From Raja brachyura (Eukaryota): a stretch of DNA of 64,000 bases. The notes beneath the pieces were generated by a model that worked only from the letters and a program-made list of their open reading frames with translations, ran no database searches and had not been told where the DNA came from. The DNA is taken from contig OY740790.1 in the NCBI GenBank assembly GCA_963514005.1, positions 44,268,001 to 44,332,000 of the forward strand, given 5' to 3'. This document shows, piece after piece, positions 1-13,118 of the stretch. Both the position numbers and the translations under genes were made by a program. Each line of letters starts with the position of its first letter. Within the stretch, counting starts at the first letter, position 1.

Positions 1-663
1 GGTATGTTAGCTTGTTAGCTTTCATAGCAAAAGGATTTGAGTATAGGAGCAGGGAGGTTCTACTTCAGTTGTATAGGGTCTTGGTGAGGCCACACCTGGA
101 GTATTGCGTACAGTTCTGGTCTCCAAATCTGAGGAAGGACATTATTGCCATAGAGGGAATGCAGAGAAGGTTCAGCAGACTGATTCCTGGGATGTCAGGA
201 CTGTCTTATGAAGAAAGACTGGATAGACTCGGTTTATACTCTCTAGAATATAGGAGATTGAGAGGGGATCTTATAGAAACTTACAAAATTCTTAAGGGGT
301 TGGACAGGCTAGATGTAGGAAGATTGTTCCCGATGTTGGGGAGGTCCAGGACAAGGGGTCACAGCTTAAGGATAAGGGGGAAATCCTTTAGGACCGAGAT
401 GAGAAGGACTTTTTTTCACACAGAGAGTGGTGGGTCTCTGGAACTCTCTGCCACAGAGGGTAGTTGAGGCCAGTTCATTGGCTATATTTAAGAGGGAGTT
501 AGATGTGGCCCTTGTGGCTAAGGGGATCAGAGGGTATGGAGAGAAGACAGGTACGGGATACTGAGTTGGATGATCAGCCATGATCATATTGAATAGCGGT
601 GCAGGCTCGAAGGGCCGAATGGACCTACTCCTGCACCTAATTTCTATGTTTCTATGTTTCTAT
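1..663 (+). mobile_element. CR1-clade LINE, 3' fragment
   Basis: ORF 12-467 has CR1 ORF2 C-terminal motifs (LYRVLVRPHLEYCVQFWSP, RRLRGDLIETYKI, RTRGH); the 3' UTR ends in a (TTTCTATG)n tail at ~641-663. Confidence 0.92.
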
Positions 664-772
664 TAAATGCAGTTCCACTTGTGATACGATAACCTGGGTT
701 TTAGTCTACTGTTATCATCGTACATGTATTCTTCTTTTTGCATTCTAAGTTATACCGTGATCTTTTTTGTAG

Positions 773-939
773 ATTGGATATTTGGACCACCTTCAGATGA
801 CAGCAGCAATAAAAGTGAAATAAAAAGTATTTCCAGCAGCTTGAATGACATAGACAGCAAGCACCAGGGAGTTGGTGGCAAACCAGATGAACTGGCAATT
901 TTTATAGAAGATAATTTATATGTGCCACAAGCGACATGA
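773..939 (+). CDS. Probable terminal coding exon of an unidentified upstream gene
   Basis: Pyrimidine tract and TTTTTTGTAG acceptor ending at 772; open frame (D)WIFGPPSDDSS...FIEDNLYVPQAT-stop; followed by ~1.9 kb of unique AT-rich UTR-like sequence with AATAAA near 2006, 2103 and 2443. Protein not recognised. Confidence 0.5.
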
Positions 940-2890
940 AAATGACCAACTGCAGGCTGGGGACACAATGAAATGTGAATGCAGAAGGTTCTTCTTTAAT
1001 TAATTAAAAACTAATGAGTAGCTGAATACAGCATTTGCTCGCAGTCCTTTCTTACATACAGACTAAAGATGAATATGGTTAAGAAGAGAAAAATATTGCC
1101 AATTTCTTCTTAGCTGTCACAAGAGTGGCAATTTGAATGATGATAACCATAACTTTGGAATGATGAACGGTGGAAATTGTTTAAAAAACAAACATCATTT
1201 ATTCTATTTCCCCTTTCGACCCTACACTTGAGCACACATATGTACATATCATAACCTTAATTTTCCTAAAATTCAAGTGGATTAGGTCTGTAGATATTTT
1301 TTGCAGTCTGATGCCCCTTTAAAGTATCATATTGAGAATTAACTAACCATTGAAAGCTATTTAAAGAAATCCAGGGACTAAAATGTTAATGGTGTTTCAA
1401 AGGGAGATGGAATGCACTGTACTATTTTTGATTTGCATCATTTTATAGGATATATTTTCAATAATTTGAACTGGCTGAATTAATTTTGAAATGTAAATGA
1501 TGAGATAACTGAAAATAACATTTTTTAAAAAGTGTGAATATGAAATACACTATTATTGGATATACTGGACAAGATTGTCATTCAACTGTCTTTTTAAAAT
1601 CCAATTGTAATCATGCCTTTCATCGTGTTACTTGTTTCTCATGTTTGTCACTAGATTACAAAAATACTTCACAAAATTGTGTACCCACCTTACTGAGAAG
1701 TGAGAGCTTGCTGTAAGAATGTACCTGTGATTTAGATGTGAAAAGCATCTATGTACTGATGAATGTAATATTGTGATTACAAACTCAACTAATTACAGCT
1801 GCCTGTTCCCTTTTGTTGGTCCCTCAGTCAAGGAGATGTGTCATGGAATATATCAGTGGCAATCACATTGATCAGTATTGTGAAATCAGGAGGAAAGGAA
1901 TGGTGTTTGTCATTTGCTTGGAGGGAAGATGGCCGCAAGGGTTTGGTGGGTTTTGTTGCATAATTTTTCTCTTATTACAATATGGCTTTCAGTTTATTGG
2001 GCATCAATAAAATCATCAAGACATTTGGACTGGACATCTCTGACAGCCAACAAGCCCGGTAGTAAGACAAACTAATTATGATTGACTAAACGTTTACTGC
2101 AGAATAAAATTAAGTTTGCAATTTACACAGGATAGAAGTTTTAATATCATAAACAATTTTGCAACAATTCATCATTTCATCAGTAATTTTAACATAAATT
2201 TTAACATAAAATTGCAGTAAAACTCATTTTACCTTATTCAACAAATCTCATTCAACATTTTTAGTGAGAATATATATTATAATGTATACTGTATGTGTTA
2301 CTGTATATTACATGTTGTATGAATAATAATACAAGTTTTGGTCTAGTTTATTCTATTATCATTCCACTGTAAATTCCAAGCCATTGTAATTTATAATTCT
2401 GCATAACATATCTAACATGTTGCCGATGCGAATTCTGTGTTGAATAAATCAAGAAAATCTGAACACAAAAAGGCCTAATGGCAAACATATTTTGTTTGTT
2501 ATGGAGTTGCTTCAATGCTTTCTTAGCTTCAACATTTCACAATAGTTTGCTCTGTTAGACTGTGCAATGAATGATTGTATTAGCTGTGCAATTGCAAAGT
2601 AGCAAATCATGATGATGAATTAAAGTACATTGAGCATTCTAGTTCCTTCCCACAAAAGGCATCTTTCTAGAAAAAGTGCAGACCTTCAGATTAAATATTG
2701 CATCTTAACTGTAATTTCCTCATATACAAATAGGATTAATTTAATCAAAAAGATAAATTATTTCCTTGTGAAGGCTAAATTGAGCAGTTCAATAACTGAC
2801 ACATTCCTGAGCTACAGTTGCACATCTAGTCTCAAGAGTATGCAAAATAGGAATCATGGAAATGTGATTCAAGTATTATTGTCTGCTATA

Positions 2891-4496
2891 TAGTGGCTTG
2901 TAAAAGTATTCATACCCCTTGAACTTTTCCACATTTTGTCACGTTACAACCACAAACGTAAATGTATTTATTGGGATTTTATGTGATAGACCAACACAAA
3001 GTGGCGCATAATTGTGAAGTGGAATGAAAATGATACATGGTTTTCAATTTTTTTTTACAAATAAAAAACTGAAAAGTGTGGCGTGCAAAAGTATTCAGCC
3101 CCCTTTACTCTGATACCCCTAAATAAAATCCAGTGCAACCAATTGCCTTCAGAAGTCACCTAATTAATAGAGTCCACTTGTGTGTAATCTAATTTCAGTT
3201 TAAATACAGCTGTTCTGTGAAGGCCTCAGAGGTTTGTTAGAGAACATTAATGAACAAACAGCATCATGAAGCCCAATGACAGGTCAGGGATAAAGTTGTG
3301 GAGAAGTTTAAAGCAGGGTTAGGTAATAAAAAAATATCCCAAGCTTTGAACATCTCACGGAGCACTGTTCAATCCATCATCCGAAAATGGAAAGAGTATG
3401 GCACAACTGCAAACCTACCAAGACATGGCCGTCCACCTAAACTGACAGGCCAAACAAGGAGAACATTGATCAGAGAAGCAGCCAAGAGGCCCATGGTAAC
3501 TTTGGAGGAGCTGCAGAGATCCACAGCTCGGGTGGGAGAATCTGTCCACAGGACAACTATTGTGGAGTTGTGCACTCCACAAATCGGGCCTTTATGGAAG
3601 AGTGGCAAGAAGAAAGCCATTGTTGAAACAAAGCCATAAGAAGTCCCGTTTGCAGTTTGCCACAAGCCATGTGGGGACACAGAAAACATGTGGAGGACGG
3701 AGCTCTGATCTGATGAGACCAAAATGGAATTTTTTGTCCTAAATGCAAAATGTTATGTGTGACGGAAAACTAACACTGCACATCACCCTGAACACACCAT
3801 TCCCACTGTGAAACATGGCAGTAGCAGCATCATGCTGTGGGGATGCTTTTCTTCAGCAGGGACAGGGAAGCTGGTCATAGTTGATGGGAAGATGGAAGGA
3901 GCCAAATACAGGGCAATCTTAGAAGAAAACCTGTTAGAGCCTGAAAAACACTTGAGACTGGGGCGGAGGTTCACCTTCCAGCAGGACAACGACCCTAAAT
4001 ATACAGCCAGAGCTACAATGGAATGGTTTGGATCAAAGCATATTCATGTGTTAGTATGGCCCAGTCAAAGTCCACACCTAAATCCAATTGAGAATCTCTG
4101 GCAAGACTTGAAAATTGCTGTTCACAGACGCTCTCCATTCAATCTCATTGAACTTGAGCTATTTTGCAAAGAAGAATGGGCAAAAATGTCAGTCTCTAGA
4201 TGTGCAAAGCTGGTAGTGACATACCCCAAAAGACTTGCAGCTGTAATTGCAACTAAAGGTGGTTCTACAAAGTATTGACTCAAGGAGGCTGAATACCTTT
4301 GCACGCCACCCTTTTCAGTTTTTTATTTGTAATAAAATTTGGAAACCATGTATCATTTTCGGTCCACTTCACAATTATGCATCACTTTGTGTTGGTCTAT
4401 CACATAAAATTCCAATAAAATACATTTACGTTTGTGGTTGTAACGTGACAAAATGTGGAAAAGTTCAAGGGGTATGAATACTTTTGCAAGCCACTG
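2891..4496 (+). mobile_element. Full-length Tc1 (DD34E, IR/DR-type) DNA transposon with frameshifted transposase
   Basis: ~210-bp TIRs (tAGTGGCTTGTAAAAGTATTCATACCCC...GGGGTATGAATACTTTTGCAAGCCACTG), TA on both sides; transposase 3266-4278 in pieces with HTH, GRPPK, QQDNDPKY and SPHLNPIENLW (34 residues between second D and E). Confidence 0.96.
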
Positions 4497-5687
4497 TATA
4501 TTGCACAATGCAGATTTCCTGTATATTGTAATAGATTAATATGTTCATAATGAAGTGTCCAACCTCCCACTCTGCTACATTGTTAAATTTCCAGGCCAAA
4601 AGCTTTATGCATGTCCAAATCTGATCTCACCAGTACTCCATACAGTTAAGAAAAGTCTCTTTACAATGCAATTGATTCTTAATGAAGACTAAATTGCATC
4701 CTTTAATTACATGTTTACCATACACAAGAAATTCCAGGTTCCTCCGAATACTAGCATTTTTTGGCCTTTCACCAATTCAAATAAAATGTGTTGTTCTATT
4801 TTGTTGACTTAAATTTCACATTTCTCTGCATTATTGTTCTTTTGTCCCACTCCTGATATCAGGCTAACTTTCCCTCCATTCTTCATTTGTAGGGTTATGC
4901 TAGTTTCCTTCTGAAACTAAATTCGACTGACTGAATCATTGTAGATTCAATGCAGAGGGAAGTTTCTCTTGAGGCTGCGCGAACCATTTTTCTCCAAGTT
5001 GGTATTCGCCAAGGAAAAGGGCCCTGTGAAACATTTATTCCACTGGTTCATTCATTATCTCCTTAAAACTTGTTGGCTGGTTTAGCATTCTATATTTTCA
5101 CCCTTTAAACTGCTTAGCTAAACTTTCTTAGCTCATAGAGTCAGACTTATATAGCGTGGAAACAGGCCCTTTGGCCCAACTCATCCCCATCTAAGCTAGT
5201 CACATTTGCCTGTGTTTGGCCCATATTCCAGTTCATTCCTTATGATTTTGTAATTCCACCCTCACCGGGTGAACCATCAGTAATGTCATCTCAGACTGTT
5301 GCCATACCATTTTCCTTAATCAATCTTAATTTTAAAATGCCAGTCCTTTCCCTTCCTTATCCAGGTTTCTGTAATAACTATATCATCTCAGTCACACGTA
5401 CTTATCCATGCCCCAAGTTCATCTGCCTCACCCATCAGGTCTCTCGCATAGAAAAAAATGCAACTTAAACCAAACGTTCTATCTAGTCCCCACTGTGCTT
5501 CTCTCTATCCTCTCTACTGAACTTTCAGACTCTCATCGTTACATGGATAGGACAGATTTGGAGGGATATGGACCAAAGGCAGGCAGGTGGGACTAGTGTA
5601 GCTGGGACTTGTTGGCTGGTGTGAGCAAGTTGGGCTCAAGGGTTTGTTTCCACACTGCATAACTCTATGACTATGACTATCATCTCA

Positions 5688-6790
5688 CTCCTGCATTGGA
5701 TTCCATCCCTCTACCAATGTAGTCTGCCTGCCAGGATATTGGTCCCCCGGTTCAGATGCAACCGATCACTCTTGTACAGGTCACCTCTTTCCCAGAAGAG
5801 ATCCAAATGGACCAAAGATCAGAATTCCTGCCCCTTCATCAGCCACCAATTCACCAGTCTTACCTTCCTGTTTTAACACTCACGAGCACCTGGCTCTGGG
5901 AGTAATCTAGAGATTACTACCCTGGAGGTCCTGCTTTTTAATCTTTTGCCTAACTCCCTGTTTTTATTCTGTAGAATCTCATCTCTGTTCGTACCCAAGT
6001 CATTTGTGCCAATGTGCACACCAACTTCCAGCTGCTCGCCCTCCCTCTTGAGTATGTTGTGCACCCGCTACAAGATATCTTGAACCCTGGTTCCAGAGAG
6101 GCAACACACCATTCTTGAGTCCATTTTGCTTCCACGCAATCTCCCGTCTGTCCCCCCAACTAACAAGCCTCCTATGGGTCTGCCTGCATTCACCCTTCCT
6201 AGCTGTGCCTCAGAGCCAGACCCAATGCTTCAGACCTGACTGCTGGTCTTCCCTTCCATCTCCTCCCGACAGTATCCTAAGGGGCATACCTGTTTTCAAG
6301 GGGAATGGCCACAGAGAATTGCTGCACTCTCTGCCCACTCCCTTTCCTGGTGGGATCCATCGACTTTCTGCCCATAGCCTAGGCATATGCCACCTCACTG
6401 TAACTTCTATCTATGACCTCCTCAGTCTTCTGGATGATCCAGAGGTCATCCAGTTGCTGCTACAGTTCCATGCTATGATCTGCAAGGAGCTGCAGTGGAT
6501 GCACCTGACACAGGTGTAGTCCTCGGGGACATTGGAAGTCTCCCTGACTTCCTACATCCTGCTGGAGGATCACACCACTGTCCTACCTGTCAGGTTTTCT
6601 GCAATGGAGAACAATAAATTATCAAAAGAAAAAAGACTGTACTTTATCCTACCATGTCCCTCCAAGTCACAGCCTCTAGAGCCAAAGCCTCACGCTTACC
6701 CTCCACAAGGCCAGTCCACTTGTATCTGCCTTCCTTTTTACTCACCTTCTCCAGGATGCTGCTTTCAGTTAGAACAGCTATATGTGCTTA
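5688..6790 (-). mobile_element. CR1 LINE ORF1 (SGNH esterase) fragment, degraded
   Basis: Minus-strand ORF 5873-6064 reads VHIGTNDLG...RELGKRLKSRTSRVVISRLLP, typical of the CR1 ORF1 esterase domain. Boundaries approximate. Confidence 0.8.
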
Positions 6791-7087
6791 GGCGGCACCT
6801 TGGCGCAGCGGTAGAGTTACTGCCTTACAGTGCCAGAGACCCAAGTTCGATCCTGACAATGGGTGCTGTTTGTATGAAGTTTGCACGTTCTCCCTGTGAC
6901 TGTGTGGGTTTTCTCCAGGTGCTCTAGTTCCCTCCCACATCCCAAAGACGTGAGTGTTTGTAGGTTATTGGCTTCTGTAAATTGTCCCCAGTGTGTAGGA
7001 TAGTGCTAGTGTATGGGTGATTGCTGGTCGATGTGCTCGATGGGCCGAAGGGCTTGTTTCCACGCTGTATCTCTAAACTAAACTAAA
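6791..7087 (+). mobile_element. HE1-like tRNA-derived SINE
   Basis: Pol III A box TGGCGCAGCGG and B box GTTCGATCC, central TTTGCACGTTCTCCC core, CR1-like 3' end and (CTAAA)n tail. Confidence 0.88.
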
Positions 7088-7794
7088 ATATGTGGCTGAC
7101 TTAAAAATACCACTCCACTATTCCTGTTGTCAGTTGCTCATTGAATATGAGCTTCCGACCTGACCTTTTAATATTCTGATCTGCTCCTTTCAGTTGCAAA
7201 AAACCTCCTGAGAAAGGTCTTTGGCACCTCATCAAGAAAATGTTCAAAACCAATCAACTGGGAAAATATTGATTATAGCTCGTTGTAATATGCAGAATAT
7301 CTCTGGCAGAAAATACAAGACAGGTGTGTAAAGGTATGAAAATTGGTCCTGGCAATTATACATTCCTGACTCGTGCCTGTATTTGTTCCCATCTATCTCT
7401 GGGTACCTGACCATCTAGGTCAGGACTAATTATCTGCTCATTGTGATTGCTGTAATAGCTTTTTTCTCTTTTGCTTTGTTTGTATTCTTCTAAGTTTTAG
7501 AACGTACTTAATAAATAGAGAGATGTATATGAGTGTAGAATGTCCTCCAAAATTTGCAAAAAAATTCTTCTCCCTTTACTGGTTATTTTCTTTGTGTTTT
7601 AAAATTCTGTTTCTGCTGTTTAATTTCTCCACTTCACCCTGTCATTGATCTTGCCTGTTGTTTTCTATTCCCTCTTCTGCTTTCTCTGCATCTTCATCTT
7701 TTACTGTTCCAAGTTATGGTGGAAAGACAGCAACCTGAAACATTGACTCTATTTCTCTCGCCACAAAGGATTCCTGATCTGCTGTTTATTTACA

Positions 7795-8065
7795 GAAAGC
7801 CATTTAGAACGGAGAAGAGGAAACATTTCTTCACACAGAGAGTTGTGAGTCTGTGGAATTCTCTGCCTCAGAGGTCCGGTTCTCTGGATACTTTCAAGAG
7901 AGAGCTAGATAGGGCTCTTAAAGATAGTGGAGTCAGGGGATATGGGGAGGAGGCAGGAACAGGGTACTGATTGGGGAGGATCAGCCATGATCACATTGAA
8001 TGGCGGTGCTGGTTCGAAGGGCCGAATGGCCTACTCCTGCACATATTGTCTATTCTGTTTCTATA
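7795..8065 (+). mobile_element. CR1 LINE 3' end fragment
   Basis: FRTEKRKHFFTQRVVSLWNSLP and the same 3' UTR as the element at 1-663. Confidence 0.85.
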
Positions 8066-8668
8066 TCTGATTTTCATCATCTGCGAGTTTTGATTTAATC
8101 CAGCTATGAGTTCATCCAAAACTCTGTGACACTAGCTCACAATAAGTTTCATTCACCCACCACCCTTGTGCTTGTTGACCCAGTACAGCTTCAGGGAAAA
8201 AAGCCTCATATTAAAAATTCTTGCCTTTGTTTTCAAATTCCTCCTTAGTTCCCCTGGTCTGTAAAATTCTTCTGCCCCATAACCCTCTGAAATATCTGCA
8301 ATCATCCAACTCTGGCTTCCGTGATGTCTCCAGATTTAACCACCACATTGGTAACGGTGCCCTCAGTTGCCAAGGTCCTTAGCTCTGGAACCATTAATCC
8401 TGCACCTCTCCATCTAACCATTTATTTTTCTCTTCTCCCAAAGACCAAAGTTAACTTTACTTCAGAGTCATGTGAGTGACTATGTGAAGAAGCCCGCCAG
8501 CCTGCATGCGCGTCAATTATGTCTAACGCATGGTGCAACCACAGGCTGGCTGGCGCGTCGCTCCTCCAGCGGTAAGTTTAAAAACCCTACAGGTAAGTGT
8601 TAAAACTTATTCTGAGGTAGTTTTTTGTTCGGTAATTCTTGATTGCAGAGTTTCAAGTGTGAACTATT

Positions 8669-9862
8669 ATGGAGAAATCCAGGGTGAAGTCCAGACGGGC
8701 CGCGGGGAAACCAGCTACAGAAGACCGCGGGAGTACGGGTAGCGGGCGGCCATCGAGTCGCTGGCGGTGTGGCCAGCGGCTTCAGACTTGGTGCCTGTTG
8801 AAAGTACCCAGGCAACCACGCTAGGAGGGAAAGCCAAGAGAAAGTCTGTGAGGCCTGTTGACTCGGACGAGTCAGGCGAGGAGGGTTCCCCTACTACAAT
8901 GGATAGCGTCTTCGGGCGTTTATCCCGGATGGAGCACTTGATGGAAAGGATGCTCCAGGGAATGGGGTTATATAAGCGCGGGTTTCCTCGGAGGCCCGCG
9001 GTGGCGCCTGGTTCAGGGCTGCACAATGTTTCCCTCTCTGAGGAGGGGAGCATTTGGGGTCAGGTTTGGACTGACTCGGAGTTCGGAGGTATGTCCGGAG
9101 AGCATACCACGATGCACGAGGTGCGAGAAGCAGATTTGCCTGCTATGGCATCGACGCTTGAGATACCATTGCAAATAGGGGAGCCGTTGGATGAGGAATT
9201 GGCTACGAGCATCAATTACCTTTCATCACACCAGCTCCAAGAACAGGTAATGGCAGAAACTTCTATGAAGTACCACACACCTGCTAATTGTGCTTCGCCA
9301 AACGTGGCGGCTGTTAACAGCTCTATCTGGGGTTACATCGGAGGGGGCATCAGAGCCCAGGAGGTGAAGCTCCAGAGAATCCTAAGGTTGCTGGCTTCAG
9401 GCATCACTGCCTTGCCAGGTCTGTGGATGGGGGTCCCCTGTCTGATGTGTAACAGGATGCCCTGGCATTAATATGCAATGCACATTTTGAAATTAACTGT
9501 TTACGTAAAAATGCCATCCGACCTGCCCTGAACCCCAAGTTTGCGGGACTGTGCAGGGCCAGCAACATATAGCCGCCAAATTTTTTGTTCGGAGAAGATC
9601 TGCCTAAGCAGGTCAAGGATCTGGACGAACAAGTGAAAGCTGTCGGGCTAATGAAGTTCGCATCGACAAGCAAAGCTTCATCGTCCGGCGGCAGCACCCC
9701 TACGCTCCCTTCAACAGCAAAAAGTTTGCCGAAGCTGGTGGCAGCTTGAAAGCCGAACACTCTGGGCAGAGGTCTTTTTTAAGCCCAAGCTGGTCCTCGT
9801 CAAAGATGCGCAGTTGGCACACTCCATCAGTCCTACTCCCCAAACCTCGGGGGCGGAAATAA
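8669..9862 (+). pseudogene. DIRS gag-like ORF1, frameshifted
   Basis: ORF 8767-9471 and continuations (P.NC..PNV..VNSSIW, EVKLQRI, LFGEDL) lie between the left ITR and pol. Start and end approximate. Confidence 0.65.
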
Positions 9863-10376
9863 AAAACATTCATTGACCGGTAACCATGGAGGTAGATGGG
9901 TCTGGTTCTTTCCGAAACATAGGGTGTGTGGATCAGTTGCAAGTTGGTGGGAGATTGCACTTGTTTTTGAATGAATGGCATTGGATAACATTCGATCCGT
10001 TTATACTGCACAGTATACAAGGGTTCCAAATCTAATTTGTTCCTAATTTGTTTCCACCCACACAGCATATACCAAACCGGATATTTGTTCAATCTCAACA
10101 GGAAAGTTTGGATGTACAAGCTGAAATTCAATTATAATACACAAAAGGGGTAATTGGGAAGTCATATCATGAACCTCGGGGGCGGAAATAAAAAACATTC
10201 ATTGACCGGTAACCATGGAGGTAGATGGGTCTGGTTCTTTCCGAAACATAGGGTGTGTGGATCAGTTGCAAGTTGGTGGGAGATTGCACTTGTTTTTGAA
10301 TGAATGGCATTGGATAACATTCGATCCGTTTATACTGCACAGTATACAAGGGTTCCAAATCTAATTTGTCCCTAAT

Positions 10377-11468
10377 TTGTTTCCACCCACACAGCATATA
10401 CCAAACCGGATATTTGTTCAATCTCAACAGGAAAGTTTGGATGTACAAGCTGAAATTCAAGTATTATACACAAAAGGGGTAATTGGGAAGTCATGTCATG
10501 AACCTCACCAATTTGTTTCTAATATATTTACAAGGGAAAAGAAGGATGGAGGATGCCGAATAATCCTTGATTTGACTCGACTTAACTCCTCTGTGCAGTA
10601 TAAACATTTCAAAATGGAAAACTTTGTTACTGCCAATCAACTGGTTTCCAAAGGATGTTATATGGCATGCATTGATCTCAAAGATGCATACTATTCGGTA
10701 CCCATTCACTGGGATCGCTGGAGATATTTGAAGTTTAGCTGGATGGGGCAACAATGGCAGTTTAAAGCATTGCCTAATGGGTTAACCTCAGCCCCCACAT
10801 TATTTACAAAATTATTGAAACCAGTACTGGGGCTACGTCGAGCTCAAAAGCATATTGTGATGGCATACTTGGATGATATCCTAATCATAGGGAAAACTCT
10901 GAAATTAGCTAAATTGGCTGTTTCAGCCACCAAACTCATGTTTAAGAGATTGGGGTTTCTCATCCATCCAGTTAAATCCAAGTTGATACCTTCTAGAGTT
11001 ATTGATTATTTGGGATTTACCATTAACTCTATTCACACGTCTGTGACTCTGCCTTGGGGCAAGAGATTAGAATTAATAGAAGCCTGTAACAATCTTATTA
11101 TTAAGGAGCAACCTTCTATTCGACATGTAGCCAGTATAATTGGCAAATTAGTTGCTGCCTTTCCAGCTGCACAGTTTGGGCCTTTGCATTATCAAAATTT
11201 ACAACGTGTAAAGGAGCAGGCACTCAAATTCCATGCCGGTCACTTCAGTAGACCTATGCGATTGCCAACTGAATCCATTTCTGAGTTACAATGGTGGATG
11301 ACTAATATTCGGCATTGTTCCAGTAAAATTTTGGTCAACAAACTTTCAGTTATATTACAAAGAGATGCTAGTGCTCTAAGGTGCGGAGCTACTAATACCA
11401 TCTCTAGCTGCGGTGGCAGATGGAATGTGCATGAGTCATCAATTCTTCAGTTACATGGTATTAACTAA
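10377..11468 (+). pseudogene. DIRS reverse transcriptase and start of RNase H
   Basis: KKDGGCRIILDL, FKME, IDLKDAYYSVPI, QFKALPNGL.SAP..FTK, YLDD, LGF motifs; premature stop at 11466-11468 after RNase H DAS motif. Confidence 0.93.
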
Positions 11469-12149
11469 TTAGAATTACTGGGAGCACTCTATTGGTTGAA
11501 GGCTTATTGTGTGAATATGCATAATTTGCATGTTCAACTTCAGATTGACAACACTACAGTGGTGGCATACATTAATCACATGGGTGGAATCAAGTCAGTA
11601 TCCAGTGATAAATTGGCTAACCTTATTTGGCACTGGTGTATTACAAGAAACATTTGGATTTCAGTTACCTACTTACCAGGTAGGTTCAACATGGTGGCGG
11701 ACACCAGGTCATGGAAATTCAATGACAACACAGAATGGATGTTGAATCATAAAGTGTTTAACGACATTGTCGCTCTGTATGGAATACCGGATATCAATTT
11801 GTTTGCATCCAGACTCAATCACCAGTTACCAAAGTATGTTGCATGGGAAGCAGACCCAGGGGCAGTGGCGGTAGATGCATTCTCGCTACGCTGGGGTGGA
11901 ATGATCTTTTATGCATTCCCCCCATTTTGCCTCATCAGTAGGTGCCTGCTTAAGATCCAGCAAGACTCCGCCTCAGGCATTTTGGTAGTGTCTGACTGGC
12001 CTACACAGCCATGGTTCCCACTCATACTGGGAATGATAACAGAGCCTTTTATGGCTGTTCCCAAACGCAGAAATCTGCTGGTTCACCCTGTGACTGGGGA
12101 GAACCATTCACTGCATGATCGAATCAATTTGTTGGTTTGCAGACTCTGA
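11469..12149 (+). pseudogene. DIRS RNase H C-terminus plus Dam-like methyltransferase domain
   Basis: IDNTTVVAYINHMGG and YLPGRFNMVAD (RNase H), then INLFASRLN, DAFSLRW, YAFPPF and WPTQPWFP (DIRS methyltransferase-like domain). Confidence 0.88.
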
Positions 12150-13118
12150 GAAGACTATTCCTGGGGCTCGGACTGTCAGATTGTACGGTGGACATGCTCA
12201 CTGCAGCCTAGAGAGATAGTACCAAGAAACAGTACATCTCCTATATCAAGAAATGGGAAGTGTTCTGTTTACAGTCCAACATCTCTTATGACACGGCACG
12301 TATAACAGATGTGTTGGAATTCCTCTCAAAACTATATTTTGATGAAAGACTGAGTTATAGTGCCATAAATTGTGCCAGATGTGCCTTATCATCATACTTG
12401 TTGCTGGGATTGGGACACCACTCTGTTGGATCTCACCATTTGATATCCAGGTTCATCTAGGGTGTCTTCAACTCAAATCCCCCCAGGCCCAGGTACTCGG
12501 AGATATGGGATGTGAACATGGTGCTGATGCTGCTTCGCCGGTGGGCTCCAGCTACATCCCTGTCCTTGGCCAAACTCACTTACAAAGTGGTCATGCTCAT
12601 GGCGCTGGTGTCAGCGCAACGGGTCCAGTCATTGCATAAGCTGCGACTGGACAGGATGGTTACATCTGCAAATAGTATAACATTTTATGTATGACTTAGT
12701 CAAGCAGAGCAGACCAGGGGTGTCAGGTCTCAAACTAGTTTTCATGGCATACCCCATGGACCTTCGGTTGTGTGTGGTCACACATCTACAATAGTACATC
12801 AAGGTCACCAAGAGCCTTAGAGGCTCTGAACTAGCAATGTTTGTTAGTTACATAAAACCTCATAAGAGGGTATCAGTACAGACCATCTCCAGGTGGTTAA
12901 AACGGATTCTGGCTTGTGCAGGAGTGGACACTGACGTTTTCAAATCTCACTCCACCAGGGCTGCAACAACGTCAGCAGCGAGGGTTATGGACGTTCCGCT
13001 GGACCACAACCTAGCGGCTGTAGGATGGTCAAACGAACTAACTTTCCAAATGTTTTATAACAAACCCATTGCCAGACTGGGGGTATTTGTCAATTCTATT
13101 TTAAGTTCTGTTTTATAG
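12150..13118 (+). pseudogene. DIRS tyrosine recombinase, interrupted by stops
   Basis: LSYSAIN.ARCALS, LMALVSAQRVQSL (catalytic R), TISRWLK, FKSHSTRAA (HxxR), GWS...TFQMFY (catalytic Y). Confidence 0.9.

Noticed and set aside
9700-10460. Two near-identical minus-strand ORFs suggesting a duplicated small gene
   Set aside because: They are antisense readings of the 329-bp duplication within the DIRS element.
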